From: Curvularia clavata
Taxonomy: Eukaryota
DNA length: 64,000 bases
Assembly: GCA_023920165.1 (NCBI GenBank)
Contig: CP089274.1
Coordinates: 4,092,001-4,156,000 of the forward strand
Direction: 5' to 3'
Positions 63,351 to 64,000 of the stretch are shown one piece after another. The position numbers and the translations under genes were made by a program. Each line of letters begins with the position of its first letter. The stretch's first letter is position 1. A model generated the notes under the pieces. That model did no database searches. It was not told where the DNA came from and was given only the letters and a program-made list of their open reading frames with translations.

Positions 63351-63434
63351 TTTGAGTACGTTACACGTAGCCTGAGCATCCGGAAGAAAAGGTATCCTGT
63401 TACACCGTGCGTCCCGGCACGAAGGGACGGACGT
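63351..63434 (-). repeat. Right terminal inverted repeat of the large element
   Basis: Ungapped match to 53977-54060; followed by TA at 63435-63436. Confidence 0.88.
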
Positions 63435-64000
63435 TACTTATTCAGTGAATGTATCCACCTTTAACACTGCATGCACTAAAAGGTATTCAAACTTGCTCGT
63501 TGAGTTTGCTTCTGCTCTACCTTGTGTCACAATGTGGTTTAATCCTCCATGCGCTACGCAAAGTATGTGTAAAGCTAGTGCTTTTTAGTAGACTGCGTGT
63601 GGATAAGATTTTGGCGCGGCTATCCCGTGGTCGTGACCGTGGCTGTAGTAGTGGCCAAAGATGTTCGAAATGACAGTTTGGGGCCAATAGTATTGCACGA
63701 TTGTTGTAACCCGGCTTCCGTGATGATGCTGACAGAATGCGTATGTCGCTTTGCTTTTTACGGCGAAGAGTGAATGTACATGCACGTGATTGCCGCGACT
63801 GCGAAGATGCTGCTACGAAAGATGGTGTTGTTGTGGCTGCAACTATGTTCACCAGTTGACTAGAAATGACTGAGACATCTCCACCTGAACATGTGGCTTG
63901 AGTCGGTTGCCTAAAGGCAAACATTGCTGTACGTCGCACACTGCGCGATTCCAAGGAGTTAAGGCATTATTAAAGATTGACTTTGTACCCTTCACAGAGC

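Larger units (their letters stand above)
53977..63434. mobile_element. 9458-bp TIR-bounded, TA-flanked element (Tc1/mariner-pogo-like ends, non-autonomous) carrying an NLR gene
   Basis: Left end TA|ACGTCCGTCCCTATGTGCCGGGACGCACGATGTGACGGGACACC; right end reverse complement TA|ACGTCCGTCCCTTCGTGCCGGGACGCACGGTGTAACAGGATACC. 38/44 and 65/84 ungapped identity by hand count. Confidence 0.8.

Noticed and set aside
53977..63434. Starship element
   Set aside because: No DUF3435 tyrosine recombinase at either end; long TIRs with TA flanks fit a DDE cut-and-paste element instead.

Overview
Intron-containing fungal genomic DNA, most likely a filamentous ascomycete (Pleosporales/Dothideomycete is an inference from gene content and style). 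Bases 1-53.7 kb are mostly core genes: an LRR protein, RPL13, an AlcR-like Zn2Cys6 factor, GAL1, DUO1, a Rum1/Sic1-like CDK inhibitor, RNH202 and MCM10 head to head, a TTL-family ligase, LNP1, MZM1, SLT11, ERG6, PDB1, a Pth11-like membrane protein, an aldo-keto reductase, and a divergent betaine aldehyde dehydrogenase / choline oxidase pair. A decaying accessory island at about 19.8-24.7 kb holds a kinase-membrane gene and an ankyrin gene, both broken by nonsense codons. The most striking feature is a 9458-bp segment (53977-63434) bounded by about 84-bp imperfect terminal inverted repeats that begin ACGT and are flanked by TA on both sides. It carries an apparently intact PNP_UDP-NACHT-ankyrin NLR immune-receptor gene, a nested Fot1/pogo transposon inactivated by one nonsense codon, a probable solo LTR and a possible remnant of a second NLR. 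It looks like a non-autonomous DNA transposon carrying an immune gene. All family assignments come from motifs recognised by eye; no database searches were run.
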